In this document: positions 1 through 8,181 of the stretch, piece by piece
Layout of the letters: each line of letters begins with the position of its first letter
Position numbering within the stretch: position 1 is the first letter of the stretch
Assembly: GCF_052173515.1 (NCBI RefSeq)
Contig: NZ_JBQMYL010000011.1
Span: 3,277-67,276, forward strand
From: Porphyromonas endodontalis
Lineage (GTDB): Bacteria; Bacteroidota; Bacteroidia; Bacteroidales; Porphyromonadaceae
DNA length: 64,000 nucleotides
Reading direction: 5' to 3'
Program-made: the position numbers and the translations under genes
The notes under the pieces: model-generated
The model's database searches: none
What the model was told of the DNA's origin: nothing
Seen by the model: only the letters and a program-made list of their open reading frames with translations

Positions 1-115
1 CTTCCGGCATATATTGCTTTTCTGCCACGGAGGAGTGATCAATTGTGCTCGCACTCTTGTGGGCGAGACGAGTATTGTTGAGGCGTTTGCTTCCCTTCCC
101 GGATTTGCTTCCCAT
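1..115 (-). CDS. Possible 5' end of a gene running off the left edge (MGSKSGKGSKRLNNTRL...)
   Basis: ATG at 115 followed by 38 open codons to the window edge; divergent from the 305 gene; product not identifiable. Confidence 0.35.
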   Translation of the reverse strand, partial: MGSKSGKGSKRLNNTRLAHKSASTIDHSSVAEKQYMPE

Positions 116-268
116 ACTCTTATTGAGTATTGATTATAACCCTTGCTTCTCCTCGTCTTAGGGCGGGGAGGAGGTTTTCTATCCTTACTTTCTATTATTA
201 TGGGGGCGTAGAGCAACAATTGTCTACCCTATTTTGGGTAGAATTGCCTGCGCCTGCCAACTATTGCG

Positions 269-276
269 TATATTTG
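269..276 (+). promoter_or_regulatory. Bacteroidetes -7 promoter element TATATTTG
   Basis: Matches TAnnTTTG about 30 nt upstream of ATG 305. Confidence 0.55.
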
Positions 277-304
277 AAGCAGAATAACTAGAGAGTGAAT
301 CATT

Positions 305-1324
305 ATGAATAATAAGACCAATGTGCTCCTAGTAGGAGCTAGTACCGAGACCGGTCGTTATGTGCTGAGGCAATTATTGGCACGTAAAGATAATTTCAAT
401 ATTACCGTTTTTGATGTAAAAAAGAGTCGCTCACAGACGCTACTTGAGCCTCTACGTGACGAAATAAACGTTGTCTATGGCAATATCGCCCTACCGGCAG
501 ATACGGTAGAGGTAGTCAAAGGACAAGATTTCGTAATCCATTGCGGTTTCCTCTCTTCGCAAACGGCTTGCAAGAAATACGCCCTTGCTGAGGAGGTTAA
601 CGCCCTAGGAACTCGTTTCCTTATCGAGAATCTCGAGCATTATTCTCCCCAAGCCTATTTGGTGATGCTCTCCTCTATTGAAGTATATGGAGACCGCCTA
701 ACTGCTCCGATGCTCCGTACAGACGATTTCTTGGCTCCCTCCATTGGCAACTTCTCGGCACTTACACGCATACAAGCAGAGAAGTTTGTACAGGATAGCT
801 CGCTAGAGTGGACCATCTTCCGCCCCGGTATTGTGATGGGGATAGAGATGGAGGATATGGATGGCGAAATCTTCTTGATGCCTCTAGAGTCGCATCTTGA
901 GTTTGTACATGCCGATGACTTGGCTTTTGCCCTCGTAGAGAGCTATCAGCATCGATCCTCTCTCTGGAATAAGGTCTTCAATGTCGGCGGTGGTACTACG
1001 TGTCGTGCAGTCTACTCAGAGTTCCTTTCTCGTCTCTTCTCTACGATTGGTTGGGGCGAAATGGACTTCCCCGAGCGCACTTTTGCCACATACAATCGCT
1101 ATGGCGGTTATTTCTCCGATGGCGATACCTTGGAGGAAATCCTCCACTTCCGTAAATATTCGATCGATAATTATTTCTCGGAATTGGCTAATGCCAAGAC
1201 CCTGGCGGGTAAGTTGGCCACAAAGCTCTTTGGCGGTCTCCAGAAGAAGAACCTCCTAGCAAAGAGTGAGCCCTACAAGGCATTCCGCCAAAACGACTCT
1301 ACCAAGATGAAGTACTACTTCTAG
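305..1324 (+). CDS. NAD-dependent epimerase/dehydratase (extended SDR) family protein with degenerate motifs
   Basis: N-terminal Rossmann-like VLLVGASTETG, VN..GT, SS..VYG, WTIFRP, VHADDLA, VFNVGGG. Confidence 0.8.
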   Translation: MNNKTNVLLVGASTETGRYVLRQLLARKDNFNITVFDVKKSRSQTLLEPLRDEINVVYGNIALPADTVEVVKGQDFVIHCGFLSSQTACKKYALAEEVNALGTRFLIENLEHYSPQAYLVMLSSIEVYGDRLTAPMLRTDDFLAPSIGNFSALTRIQAEKFVQDSSLEWTIFRPGIVMGIEMEDMDGEIFLMPLESHLEFVHADDLAFALVESYQHRSSLWNKVFNVGGGTTCRAVYSEFLSRLFSTIGWGEMDFPERTFATYNRYGGYFSDGDTLEEILHFRKYSIDNYFSELANAKTLAGKLATKLFGGLQKKNLLAKSEPYKAFRQNDSTKMKYYF

Positions 1325-1379
1325 AGGGTAGAGGAGTCATTTCCCCCTTTTGATTATTCACCTTTTAAGTTCCGTATAT

Positions 1380-1967
1380 ATGGTAAAAAAAGTTCTCTTT
1401 AGTCTCTTTGTTGCTCTTTTCCCTGTACTCTCTTTGAGTGCTCAAACAGAGGGTTTCCCTCACTCCAAGGCACACGATCACAGCCACGATGCTAGGATCT
1501 TTGTGGGAGGAAGTCTAAACTACTGGTACAATACCGATACCAAAAGCAGTGCCTTTTCTCTCCGCCCGGAGGCAGGGTATTTGTTCAACGATACTTGGGG
1601 GGCTGGGGCTTTTCTTGCCTATGAGTTTGAGGAAGATAAGCACTCTGTAGGGGTAACTCCCTTTGTACGCTATTATTATTTGCACCGTCTTCCCTTCAAT
1701 CTCTACCTCGATGGTTGTTTTGGATGGAATATGACGCTTGCCAAGGATGCTGCCAAGAATACTAAAAAAGAGTATGGTTGGGAGGTAGGAGTGCGTCCAG
1801 GGGCTTGTATTGATCTTACAGAAGGTCTCTGCTTGTGCCTGCGTCTAGGTTTCGTAGGATACCGCGATAATTTTGTGATGGGAGAAGAACCCGAGATTGG
1901 TGCAAAGGGATTTGGTGTCCGTTTTGCTCCTGAGGAGCTTCAGATCGGGCTCGAATTGGAGTTCTGA
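1380..1967 (+). CDS. Small outer-membrane beta-barrel protein with His-rich N-terminus
   Basis: Signal peptide MVKKVLF...LSAQ (ATG 1380 preferred over TTG 1350), alternating aromatic strands (RPEAGY, PFVRYY), terminal Phe (LELEF). Confidence 0.75.
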   Translation: MVKKVLFSLFVALFPVLSLSAQTEGFPHSKAHDHSHDARIFVGGSLNYWYNTDTKSSAFSLRPEAGYLFNDTWGAGAFLAYEFEEDKHSVGVTPFVRYYYLHRLPFNLYLDGCFGWNMTLAKDAAKNTKKEYGWEVGVRPGACIDLTEGLCLCLRLGFVGYRDNFVMGEEPEIGAKGFGVRFAPEELQIGLELEF

Positions 1968-2019
1968 TCTCTCTCCGCTAGCGGGGTCGTTCTCTTCTAA
2001 GGAGAGAATCTATATAGAG

Positions 2020-2048
2020 AGGGGTAGATTTTTTCTACCCCTTTTTTT
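2020..2048 (+). terminator. Intrinsic terminator after the beta-barrel gene
   Basis: AGGGGTAGA-loop-TCTACCCCT followed by a T run. Confidence 0.75.
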
Positions 2049-2247
2049 AGAACCATACTACCTCTATTCCCACTTACTAAGGAGAGCTTTTGGGGAGAAT
2101 AGAACGCAAAGAATCGCCCTTGATATGCCAAGGGTAGAGAAGAAGAGGGCGGAATAGGGAAATGTAGATGTTCTCATTTTGTTACCATTGAGGAGCCAAG
2201 AGGTCACGACAATGTACGAAGATGAGAAAATTACCCATTAGGGCAAC

Positions 2248-2272
2248 AAAAAAGCCCTCAGTGTTGAGGGCT
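2248..2272 (-). terminator. Intrinsic terminator of the tRNA pair
   Basis: AGCCCTCA/TGAGGGCT stem followed by a T run on the minus strand. Confidence 0.7.
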
Positions 2273-2289
2273 AAAATTTGTTTGTCAGA

Positions 2290-2365
2290 TGGTGACCCCG
2301 GAGAGGCTCGAACTCTCGACCCACTGATTAAGAGTCAGTTGCTCTACCAACTGAGCTACGGAGTC
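2290..2365 (-). tRNA. tRNA-Lys (CTT), CCA encoded
   Basis: Reverse complement GACTCCGTAGCTCAGTTGGTAGAGCAACTGACTCTTAATCAGTGGGTCGAGAGTTCGAGCCTCTCCGGGGTCACCA folds as a cloverleaf. Confidence 0.97.
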
Positions 2366-2420
2366 ATGCACCTATACTTGGTGACTTCTTTTGGGAATCG
2401 CCTCTCCCGCTTCTCGATAG

Positions 2421-2494
2421 TGACCGATGCAGGATTCAAACCTGCAACCTTCTGATCCGTAGTCAGATGCTCTATTCAGTTGAGCTAATCGGCC
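2421..2494 (-). tRNA. tRNA-Arg (ACG), CCA not encoded
   Basis: Reverse complement GGCCGATTAGCTCAACTGAATAGAGCATCTGACTACGGATCAGAAGGTTGCAGGTTTGAATCCTGCATCGGTCA folds as a cloverleaf. Confidence 0.95.
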
Positions 2495-2525
2495 AGTCCT
2501 AATAGGCGTTATCGATTTCCGAATG

Positions 2526-2533
2526 CAAAGGTA
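2526..2533 (-). promoter_or_regulatory. -7 element TACCTTTG for the tRNA-Arg/tRNA-Lys operon
   Basis: Exact TAnnTTTG about 30 nt upstream of tRNA-Arg. Confidence 0.7.
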
Positions 2534-2787
2534 CTACTTAATTTCTAATGCGCAATACCTCTAGGGCTACTTTTTTACTCTCTTACTAGCTCCTAAGAGG
2601 CGAGTTTCTCCCTATATATTTGGTTCTTAGTTTTTTATGGCGAAAAAGAATTTTTACTCCTGCGTCAGAATTTTTTCGTTCTGATGCTGTTTGGGCGAGA
2701 AATAGAGGAGAAATGGGTTCTTGGGTACTTACAAATCCTAGGTGGGCTTGGGAGACTAGAAAGATAGGCCTCGTGGAGAAGGATTTT

Positions 2788-2925
2788 ATTCTAGGCCAGC
2801 AGCAAAAAATTTCTAGGCCTATAGCAATTTATTTTTAGGGTAGAATACTGGGAATTTTCAGGCAGAATAGGGAGGTATTTCTGGGTGGAATAGGGGAGTC
2901 GTTTTGGGTGGAAAAGAAAACCCCT
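2788..2925. repeat. Degenerate 22-23 bp periodic array
   Basis: TAGGCC at 2792 and 2814, TAGGG at 2836; YRGAA at 2841, 2863, 2886, 2909. Confidence 0.55.
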
Positions 2926-2982
2926 TTGAGGATCAATTAGATTCTCAGGAACTATTGCCTTTCTAAGGGGCAGAGAAAACAA

Positions 2983-3014
2983 AAAGAGACAATCCCGTAA
3001 GGAATTGCCTCTTT
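2983..3014 (-). terminator. Intrinsic terminator after the acyl-CoA ligase gene
   Basis: Minus strand GAGGCAATTCC-TTAC-GGGATTGTCTC followed by TTTTT. Confidence 0.75.
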
Positions 3015-3045
3015 CCATAGTATGATGTCCCTATTGGTTAAGGGC

Positions 3046-4755
3046 TCAATTAGTCTTCTCTTCGTAGAGGAATCGTTTGATGCTTCGCTTCGGAGTCTTG
3101 ACGAAGGGTTCTTCTTGGAGGACAAAGCGAGTAACCTTTTCGTAGGCAGCTACCTGATTGTTGAGTTGAGCTCGGAACTCCTCGATTCGTTGCCAGGCAG
3201 CTTCCGGGCTAAGTCCTTCGCGTTGTGCAACCTCCGGGTCGGGCACGATGAGGGCTATCAGCCTATCTGCTCTACGTACCACCAAACTTTCTGCAACGAG
3301 AGCGAAGCTGTTGATTTTTTCTTCTATCTCTTCGGGATAGATGTTCTGTCCATTGCTAGAGAGGATCATGGTCTTAGACCGCCCACGTATGAATAGGTTG
3401 TTATGCCGATCTAAGGTTCCTAGGTCTCCCGTATGCATCCAGCCATCGGAGGTGAAGAGTTGCGCATTGGCTTCCGGATTTTTGTAGTATCCTTGGCATA
3501 CATTCATACCTCGTACTTGTATTTCTCCGGGAGCGTTGAGAGGTGCCTCTTCTTCGCGAACGATACGTACTTCCATTGTGGTAAGAGGCTTCCCACAGCT
3601 CCCCGGCACCCAACGTTTGTGGTTTTCGTAGCTGATAAGAGGGCCGCATTCGGTCATACCGTACCCAACAGTTAGCGGGAATCGAATCTTTTTTAGGAAA
3701 GTACCCACCTGCTCCGATAGGGCCGCTCCTCCTACAATCACTTCGCGAAACTCGCCGCCTAGCGCGTGTTCTAGCTTGCGTCGGATGCTCTTGTACACAA
3801 TACTTTTGAGCCCGGGTATGTGGGTAAGAAACTTAATAAGAGGTTGCTCTAGCTTGGGAGCAATTGCCTGCTTGTAGATCTTCTCTAGGATGAGGGGAAC
3901 GGTAATGATGAGTTGTGGGCGCACCTTGGCAAAGGCGGCCATGATAACACGAGGAGAGGGGACTTTTCCCAAGATGGTCACGTGCGCCCCCATGGTGATG
4001 GGGGTTATCAAATTGAATGCACAGCTATAGGCGTGCGCTAGGGGGAGGAAGCAAAGTTCACGATGCCCCCGATACATGAGGTCGAGTCGGTGCGCGTAGA
4101 GGGCATTACCTGCAATATTTTGTCCGGTAAGGAGCACTCCCTTGCTTACACCCGTGGTACCGCTTGTGTAGTTAATGTACATTACCTCGCTATTCTCTCG
4201 CTGAGCAAAGCAGATGCTCTCGCGAGCAAAGCTGCCGCCCTCGGAGTAGAGTTTCCATCGATTGCGGTGGGCAATGGATTCTCTTAGGGCTTTTTCGTTC
4301 TCCTCTTTTTGCTTGGCAACGTGTACTATATCCAGCTCTTCTATCCCCATAAGTATCTCTATTTGGGGGCAACGATTAAGGTCTATAGAGGTGCGGAGCT
4401 TCTGATCTAGGAAAAGTATGCGAGAGTCGCTATGATCGATAATGCGTTCAGCATCCTGAGGGTTAAAATCCTGTAGGATGGGAACAATTACCGCACCATA
4501 GGTAATAGTGGCAATAAATATAATGCACCAGCGTGCCGAGTCCGCCCCCATGAGGGCTACCTTGTCTCCGGCTTTGAGATCTGCCGTGCGAAAGAGGGCA
4601 TGGAGGCGAGCAATCTCCTGTGCCGCGCTGCCATAAGTAAAGGTTTCGTTTGTATCGTAGTCGGTAAATGCCGGTAAGTCAAAACTCTCTTTGAAGGAGT
4701 CTTCGATTACCTTTAGTAGGTTCCTGTTAACGTCGTTATTCGTATATTTATTCAT
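3046..4755 (-). CDS. Long-chain fatty acid--CoA ligase (AMP-binding family)
   Basis: YTSGTTG..KG, GYGMTE, HTGDLG, GRSK motifs; ATG 4755 preferred because TACTTTTG lies at 4778-4785. Confidence 0.9.
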   Translation of the reverse strand: MNKYTNNDVNRNLLKVIEDSFKESFDLPAFTDYDTNETFTYGSAAQEIARLHALFRTADLKAGDKVALMGADSARWCIIFIATITYGAVIVPILQDFNPQDAERIIDHSDSRILFLDQKLRTSIDLNRCPQIEILMGIEELDIVHVAKQKEENEKALRESIAHRNRWKLYSEGGSFARESICFAQRENSEVMYINYTSGTTGVSKGVLLTGQNIAGNALYAHRLDLMYRGHRELCFLPLAHAYSCAFNLITPITMGAHVTILGKVPSPRVIMAAFAKVRPQLIITVPLILEKIYKQAIAPKLEQPLIKFLTHIPGLKSIVYKSIRRKLEHALGGEFREVIVGGAALSEQVGTFLKKIRFPLTVGYGMTECGPLISYENHKRWVPGSCGKPLTTMEVRIVREEEAPLNAPGEIQVRGMNVCQGYYKNPEANAQLFTSDGWMHTGDLGTLDRHNNLFIRGRSKTMILSSNGQNIYPEEIEEKINSFALVAESLVVRRADRLIALIVPDPEVAQREGLSPEAAWQRIEEFRAQLNNQVAAYEKVTRFVLQEEPFVKTPKRSIKRFLYEEKTN

Positions 4756-4871
4756 GCACAGTTGTTCTTTAGCTGTGCAAAAGTAGCTCTTATTGATGAA
4801 TTGTAAGTATAGATAGATACACAAATTGGCCTAAAATGTGTATTTATATGGAAGAATGGAGTGGAATATTG

Positions 4872-4879
4872 TACCTTTG
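4872..4879 (+). promoter_or_regulatory. -7 element TACCTTTG for rmuC
   Basis: Exact TAnnTTTG 30 nt upstream of ATG 4909. Confidence 0.65.
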
Positions 4880-4908
4880 GGGTTTGTAGAATGAGACCCT
4901 AAAGTAGT

Positions 4909-6252
4909 ATGATTTACTCCCTTATCGCGGCAATTGTTGTTGTCCTTTGTCTTGCCTTTTTACTCTTGAGAGAGCATCGTATTTCCCTATCTATCAGAGA
5001 TAAAGGAGAGCAGGATCAGGCCGAGATAGTAGAGGCGCGTACTATAATCTCGGTACAAAAAGAGGAGATCCGAAGAGTAACTGAGGAGCGTGAGCAAAGG
5101 CAAAGCTCCCTTGAGCAATTGAGGAGCGAAAAGGAGAACCTAGAGCACGAGAGCTATCGTTGGCAGGTAGAGTGTCAGCATCTGCAACGCGCTCTCGAAG
5201 AGGCGAAACAGAAGAATCAAGACCAAGCCAAAGAGCTTCAGTTGCAGTTCAAAGAGATTGCCACGCAGATTGTGGAAGAGCGTTCTAAAACCTTAGGAGT
5301 ACGCAACGAGGAGACGCTTCGCCCCTTGCGAGAGGATATAGAACGCCTCGGTAAGAGGGTAGAGGAGACCTATAGTGCTGAGTCGCGCGAGCGTATCTCA
5401 TTGCAAAGTACCATCCGAGATCTAATGCAGCAGAGTGGCACACTAAGTACCGAGACGAATGCCCTTATCAAAGCCCTCAAGGGGGATAGCAAAGTGCAGG
5501 GGGACTGGGGAGAGATGATCCTTGAGAACATTTTGCAGTCGAGTGGCCTGCGGCGTGGTGAGGAGTATACGGTGCAGGAGACCTTACGAGATGAGCAAGG
5601 GGATGTGTTACGTCCCGCGGGAGAGAGGAGTGCTTTGCGCCCCGATGTGATCGTGCGTTACCCTAATGGCGGGGCTATGGTAATCGATAGTAAGGTCAGT
5701 CTTACAGCTTATAGCAGATACGCTGCCACAGAAGATGATGAGGAGCGTAAGCGTTTTGCTCAAGAGCATCTCGATAGTGTGCGTAAGCATATTGCAGAGC
5801 TATCGGCCAAGCGTTATCCTGAGTTTGTAAAGGGGGCTCCCGACTTTGTTGTGCTATTTATACCTAACGAACCGGCTTATACCCTGGCTCTCATGCAAGA
5901 TCCCTCTCTCTGGGAATCGGCATACGCAAAGGGGGTTGTGCTCATCAATGGTACCAATTTGATCGCCGTACTGCGCATGGCGCAAGATATGTGGCAGCGA
6001 GATCGACAAATTAAAAATGTGGAAGAGATTGTACAGCGTGCCAGTGCCATGTACGACAAGTTTTGCACTTATGCAGCTACGCTTGTAGAGACGGAAGATA
6101 AGATGGTAAAGGCAACAGAGAGTCTGCGCAAGGCACGAGGGCAATTGAGCGAGGGGCGAGGAAACTTTATCCATCAGATGGAGCAATTACGCGAATTGGG
6201 CGTCAAGAATACCAAGAACATCCCGACTAGTATTTTGCCTCCCACGGAGTAA
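4909..6252 (+). CDS. rmuC: DNA recombination protein RmuC
   Basis: N-terminal TM anchor, coiled coil, QGDWGEMILE, RPDVIV, IDSKVSL, FVVLFIPNE. Confidence 0.92.
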   Translation: MIYSLIAAIVVVLCLAFLLLREHRISLSIRDKGEQDQAEIVEARTIISVQKEEIRRVTEEREQRQSSLEQLRSEKENLEHESYRWQVECQHLQRALEEAKQKNQDQAKELQLQFKEIATQIVEERSKTLGVRNEETLRPLREDIERLGKRVEETYSAESRERISLQSTIRDLMQQSGTLSTETNALIKALKGDSKVQGDWGEMILENILQSSGLRRGEEYTVQETLRDEQGDVLRPAGERSALRPDVIVRYPNGGAMVIDSKVSLTAYSRYAATEDDEERKRFAQEHLDSVRKHIAELSAKRYPEFVKGAPDFVVLFIPNEPAYTLALMQDPSLWESAYAKGVVLINGTNLIAVLRMAQDMWQRDRQIKNVEEIVQRASAMYDKFCTYAATLVETEDKMVKATESLRKARGQLSEGRGNFIHQMEQLRELGVKNTKNIPTSILPPTE

Positions 6253-6275
6253 TCTTTACTCTATCATAAGGTTTT

Positions 6276-6323
6276 GCCCCAAGATCCTATCCGTTGCGTG
6301 ATAGGCACTTGGGGCTTCCTTTT
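6276..6323. terminator. Hairpin between convergent rmuC and nitroreductase
   Basis: GCCCCAAG..CCTATC / GATAGG..CTTGGGGC followed by TTCCTTTT. Confidence 0.65.
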
Positions 6324-6387
6324 ATTGTGTCTGTTTAAGATCTTAGTTTCTGCCACCCATCATCGGAGGCATATCTCTGGATTCTCT

Positions 6388-7023
6388 TTACTCCTCTTCG
6401 TACATATTGTACGAGATGTTGCTCTCTTTCCATTTGTCATTCGGGGTTACATCGCCATCAGGATAACCTATAGCAATAGTATTAAGAGGAATTAAAAACT
6501 CCGGTAGCCCAAGAACCTCAGATACAGCGGCACAGCGTTCTTCTGAAGGGTAGGTGCCAGTCCACACGGCTCCTAGTCCCAGTCCGGTAGCTACTAGGAG
6601 AATATTCTCCGAGGCTGCAGAGCAGTCCTGAACCCAAAGCTCGCGTGCATTGCCGTCGAGGGCCTTAGTCATGTCGCCACAAACCACAATAGCTAGCGGA
6701 GCCTTAGCGACCATCTCAGCGTAAGGATTGACCTTGGAAAGTTTTTGCAGTAAACTCTTATCCGTAACAACGACAAAGTGCCAGGGTTGTTTGTTTTTGG
6801 CCGTTGGGGCTGCCATCCCTGCCCGGAGCAATTTTTCTATCTTTTCCTCTTCAACAGACTTATCTAGATAGGAGCGGACAGATGTTCGCTCGAGAATATT
6901 GTTGAGAACCACTTCCGAGGTGTCCTGTTGTTGCGCCTTCTCTCCCCCTGTTACTGCAAGCTTATAGCCGAGGAATACAAGTGCAATGGCGAGTGCTACA
7001 TTGAGAATCGTTGAAGTCTTCAT
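6388..7023 (-). CDS. Nitroreductase family protein with N-terminal membrane anchor or signal
   Basis: RTSVRSY, AAPTAKNKQPWHFVVV, ENILLVATGLGLGAVW, IAIGYP. Confidence 0.9.
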   Translation of the reverse strand: MKTSTILNVALAIALVFLGYKLAVTGGEKAQQQDTSEVVLNNILERTSVRSYLDKSVEEEKIEKLLRAGMAAPTAKNKQPWHFVVVTDKSLLQKLSKVNPYAEMVAKAPLAIVVCGDMTKALDGNARELWVQDCSAASENILLVATGLGLGAVWTGTYPSEERCAAVSEVLGLPEFLIPLNTIAIGYPDGDVTPNDKWKESNISYNMYEEE

Positions 7024-7028
7024 GTCCT

Positions 7029-8123
7029 TTATTTCTTGTTTTTAGAACTTGAATATTGACTGTACTTAAAGAGAGAACCTGTGGGACAAACAAAGCGGCA
7101 GTAGGGTTGTATAACTACTGTGGAAAGGGCCACGAATGCTACAGCAATGGCAATGACCACCCATGAGGCTGATTGGAAAACAAAGGCAGAGAAGGGCTCG
7201 TAATCGATCCAATCGAACCATACACCTGTCCACAAACATAGCATGAGTACAGCCCATAGGATCTGGCGAAAGATATCCAAGAGCTTGATCGCCTTTGGCT
7301 TCATTTTAATCTGATACTTTACGCATTTCCCTGCAAGCTCTTGCAATGAGCCGAGCGGACACACATGTGTACAGTAGTACGATTTCTTGCCAAAAAGGGG
7401 ATACACGAAGGCGGTAATAAGCATGATAACCGGTATGATTAGCGCTACTACATTCATCCCATTTGACATATAGCTGACCATTGATGTGTAGTTCAGAAAC
7501 GAGCCGCACCAGAAGCCTAGTACGACAACATTAAGGATTTGCTGAGCTATCCTATAGTGTTTATTCCTAACAAAAAGTGGTACAATGGCAGCTAAGAGCA
7601 CGACAATTAGTCCGGCTATAGCCTTAGCAGAAAGGTCGAAATCTGACCAGATTGATCCCTTTACGGGATTATTCGCCGCGTACTGAAGTCCTCGCTGTAC
7701 GTTCTCGATGATAGCCTCTGATGTGAATGTTGCACCGGATACTCCGTCTACTTCCAGTTGCTGTGCTTCTTCTATGGTCAGCCCATCCCATTCACTAAGA
7801 AGGATTGATGCCGACTCAAAGAACTTGGGAGTCTCTGAATTTGGGAGAGCCTTGACACTTTTAATTCTACCCTCTTGCAAAGTGATTTCCAAAGGTACGG
7901 TACCTGCATAGCCTATGATGTCTTTTCCCAGTTCCGTAGTATTTAATCGTATTGAACCATCTTCGAGGCGGGTCATCGTGTCCGTCTTAGTAGTCTCCTC
8001 CTGTTGCTGCTTGAGATCGTGTCCTAAGACCTTTCCGTCTCTACGAATACTTATTGTCATGACCAGCAGGAGAGATATTATCAAGTATAACAACTGCTGT
8101 AGTTTCCCCGAATAATTCTTCAT
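7029..8123 (-). CDS. FMN-binding domain plus NapH/NosR-like membrane protein with two CxxxCP motifs
   Basis: DGVSGAT flavinylation-type motif, multiple TM helices, YCTHVCPLG and YCRFVCPTG. Confidence 0.85.
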   Translation of the reverse strand: MKNYSGKLQQLLYLIISLLLVMTISIRRDGKVLGHDLKQQQEETTKTDTMTRLEDGSIRLNTTELGKDIIGYAGTVPLEITLQEGRIKSVKALPNSETPKFFESASILLSEWDGLTIEEAQQLEVDGVSGATFTSEAIIENVQRGLQYAANNPVKGSIWSDFDLSAKAIAGLIVVLLAAIVPLFVRNKHYRIAQQILNVVVLGFWCGSFLNYTSMVSYMSNGMNVVALIIPVIMLITAFVYPLFGKKSYYCTHVCPLGSLQELAGKCVKYQIKMKPKAIKLLDIFRQILWAVLMLCLWTGVWFDWIDYEPFSAFVFQSASWVVIAIAVAFVALSTVVIQPYCRFVCPTGSLFKYSQYSSSKNKK

Positions 8124-8181
8124 ATAGCCTTTACATTATTGTTTCTTTTTACATTAAGGAGTTTCTGTAGATCTATCTCTT

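Noticed and set aside
2222..2455. 77-aa ORF
   Set aside because: Antisense translation of the tRNA genes
2421..2494. tRNA-Arg T-loop TTTGAAT instead of TTCGAAT as a sign of a pseudo-tRNA
   Set aside because: All stems pair and the gene has a promoter and terminator; I recall this variant in Bacteroidales tRNA-Arg(ACG)
2290..2494. tRNA-targeted integrative element
   Set aside because: No integrase, and no duplicated tRNA 3' end seen in the window
2788..2925. Possible CRISPR array
   Set aside because: Period of about 22 nt is too short, repeats are not identical, and there are no cas genes
2620..3018. Short ORFs over the periodic array (likewise 30169-30423 and 46823-47074)
   Set aside because: They span repeat or terminator DNA and have no coding character
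6346..8167. AGTTTCTG at both ends of the nitroreductase/FMN pair as a target-site duplication
   Set aside because: Only 8 bp, with no inverted repeats or transposase; compatible with chance
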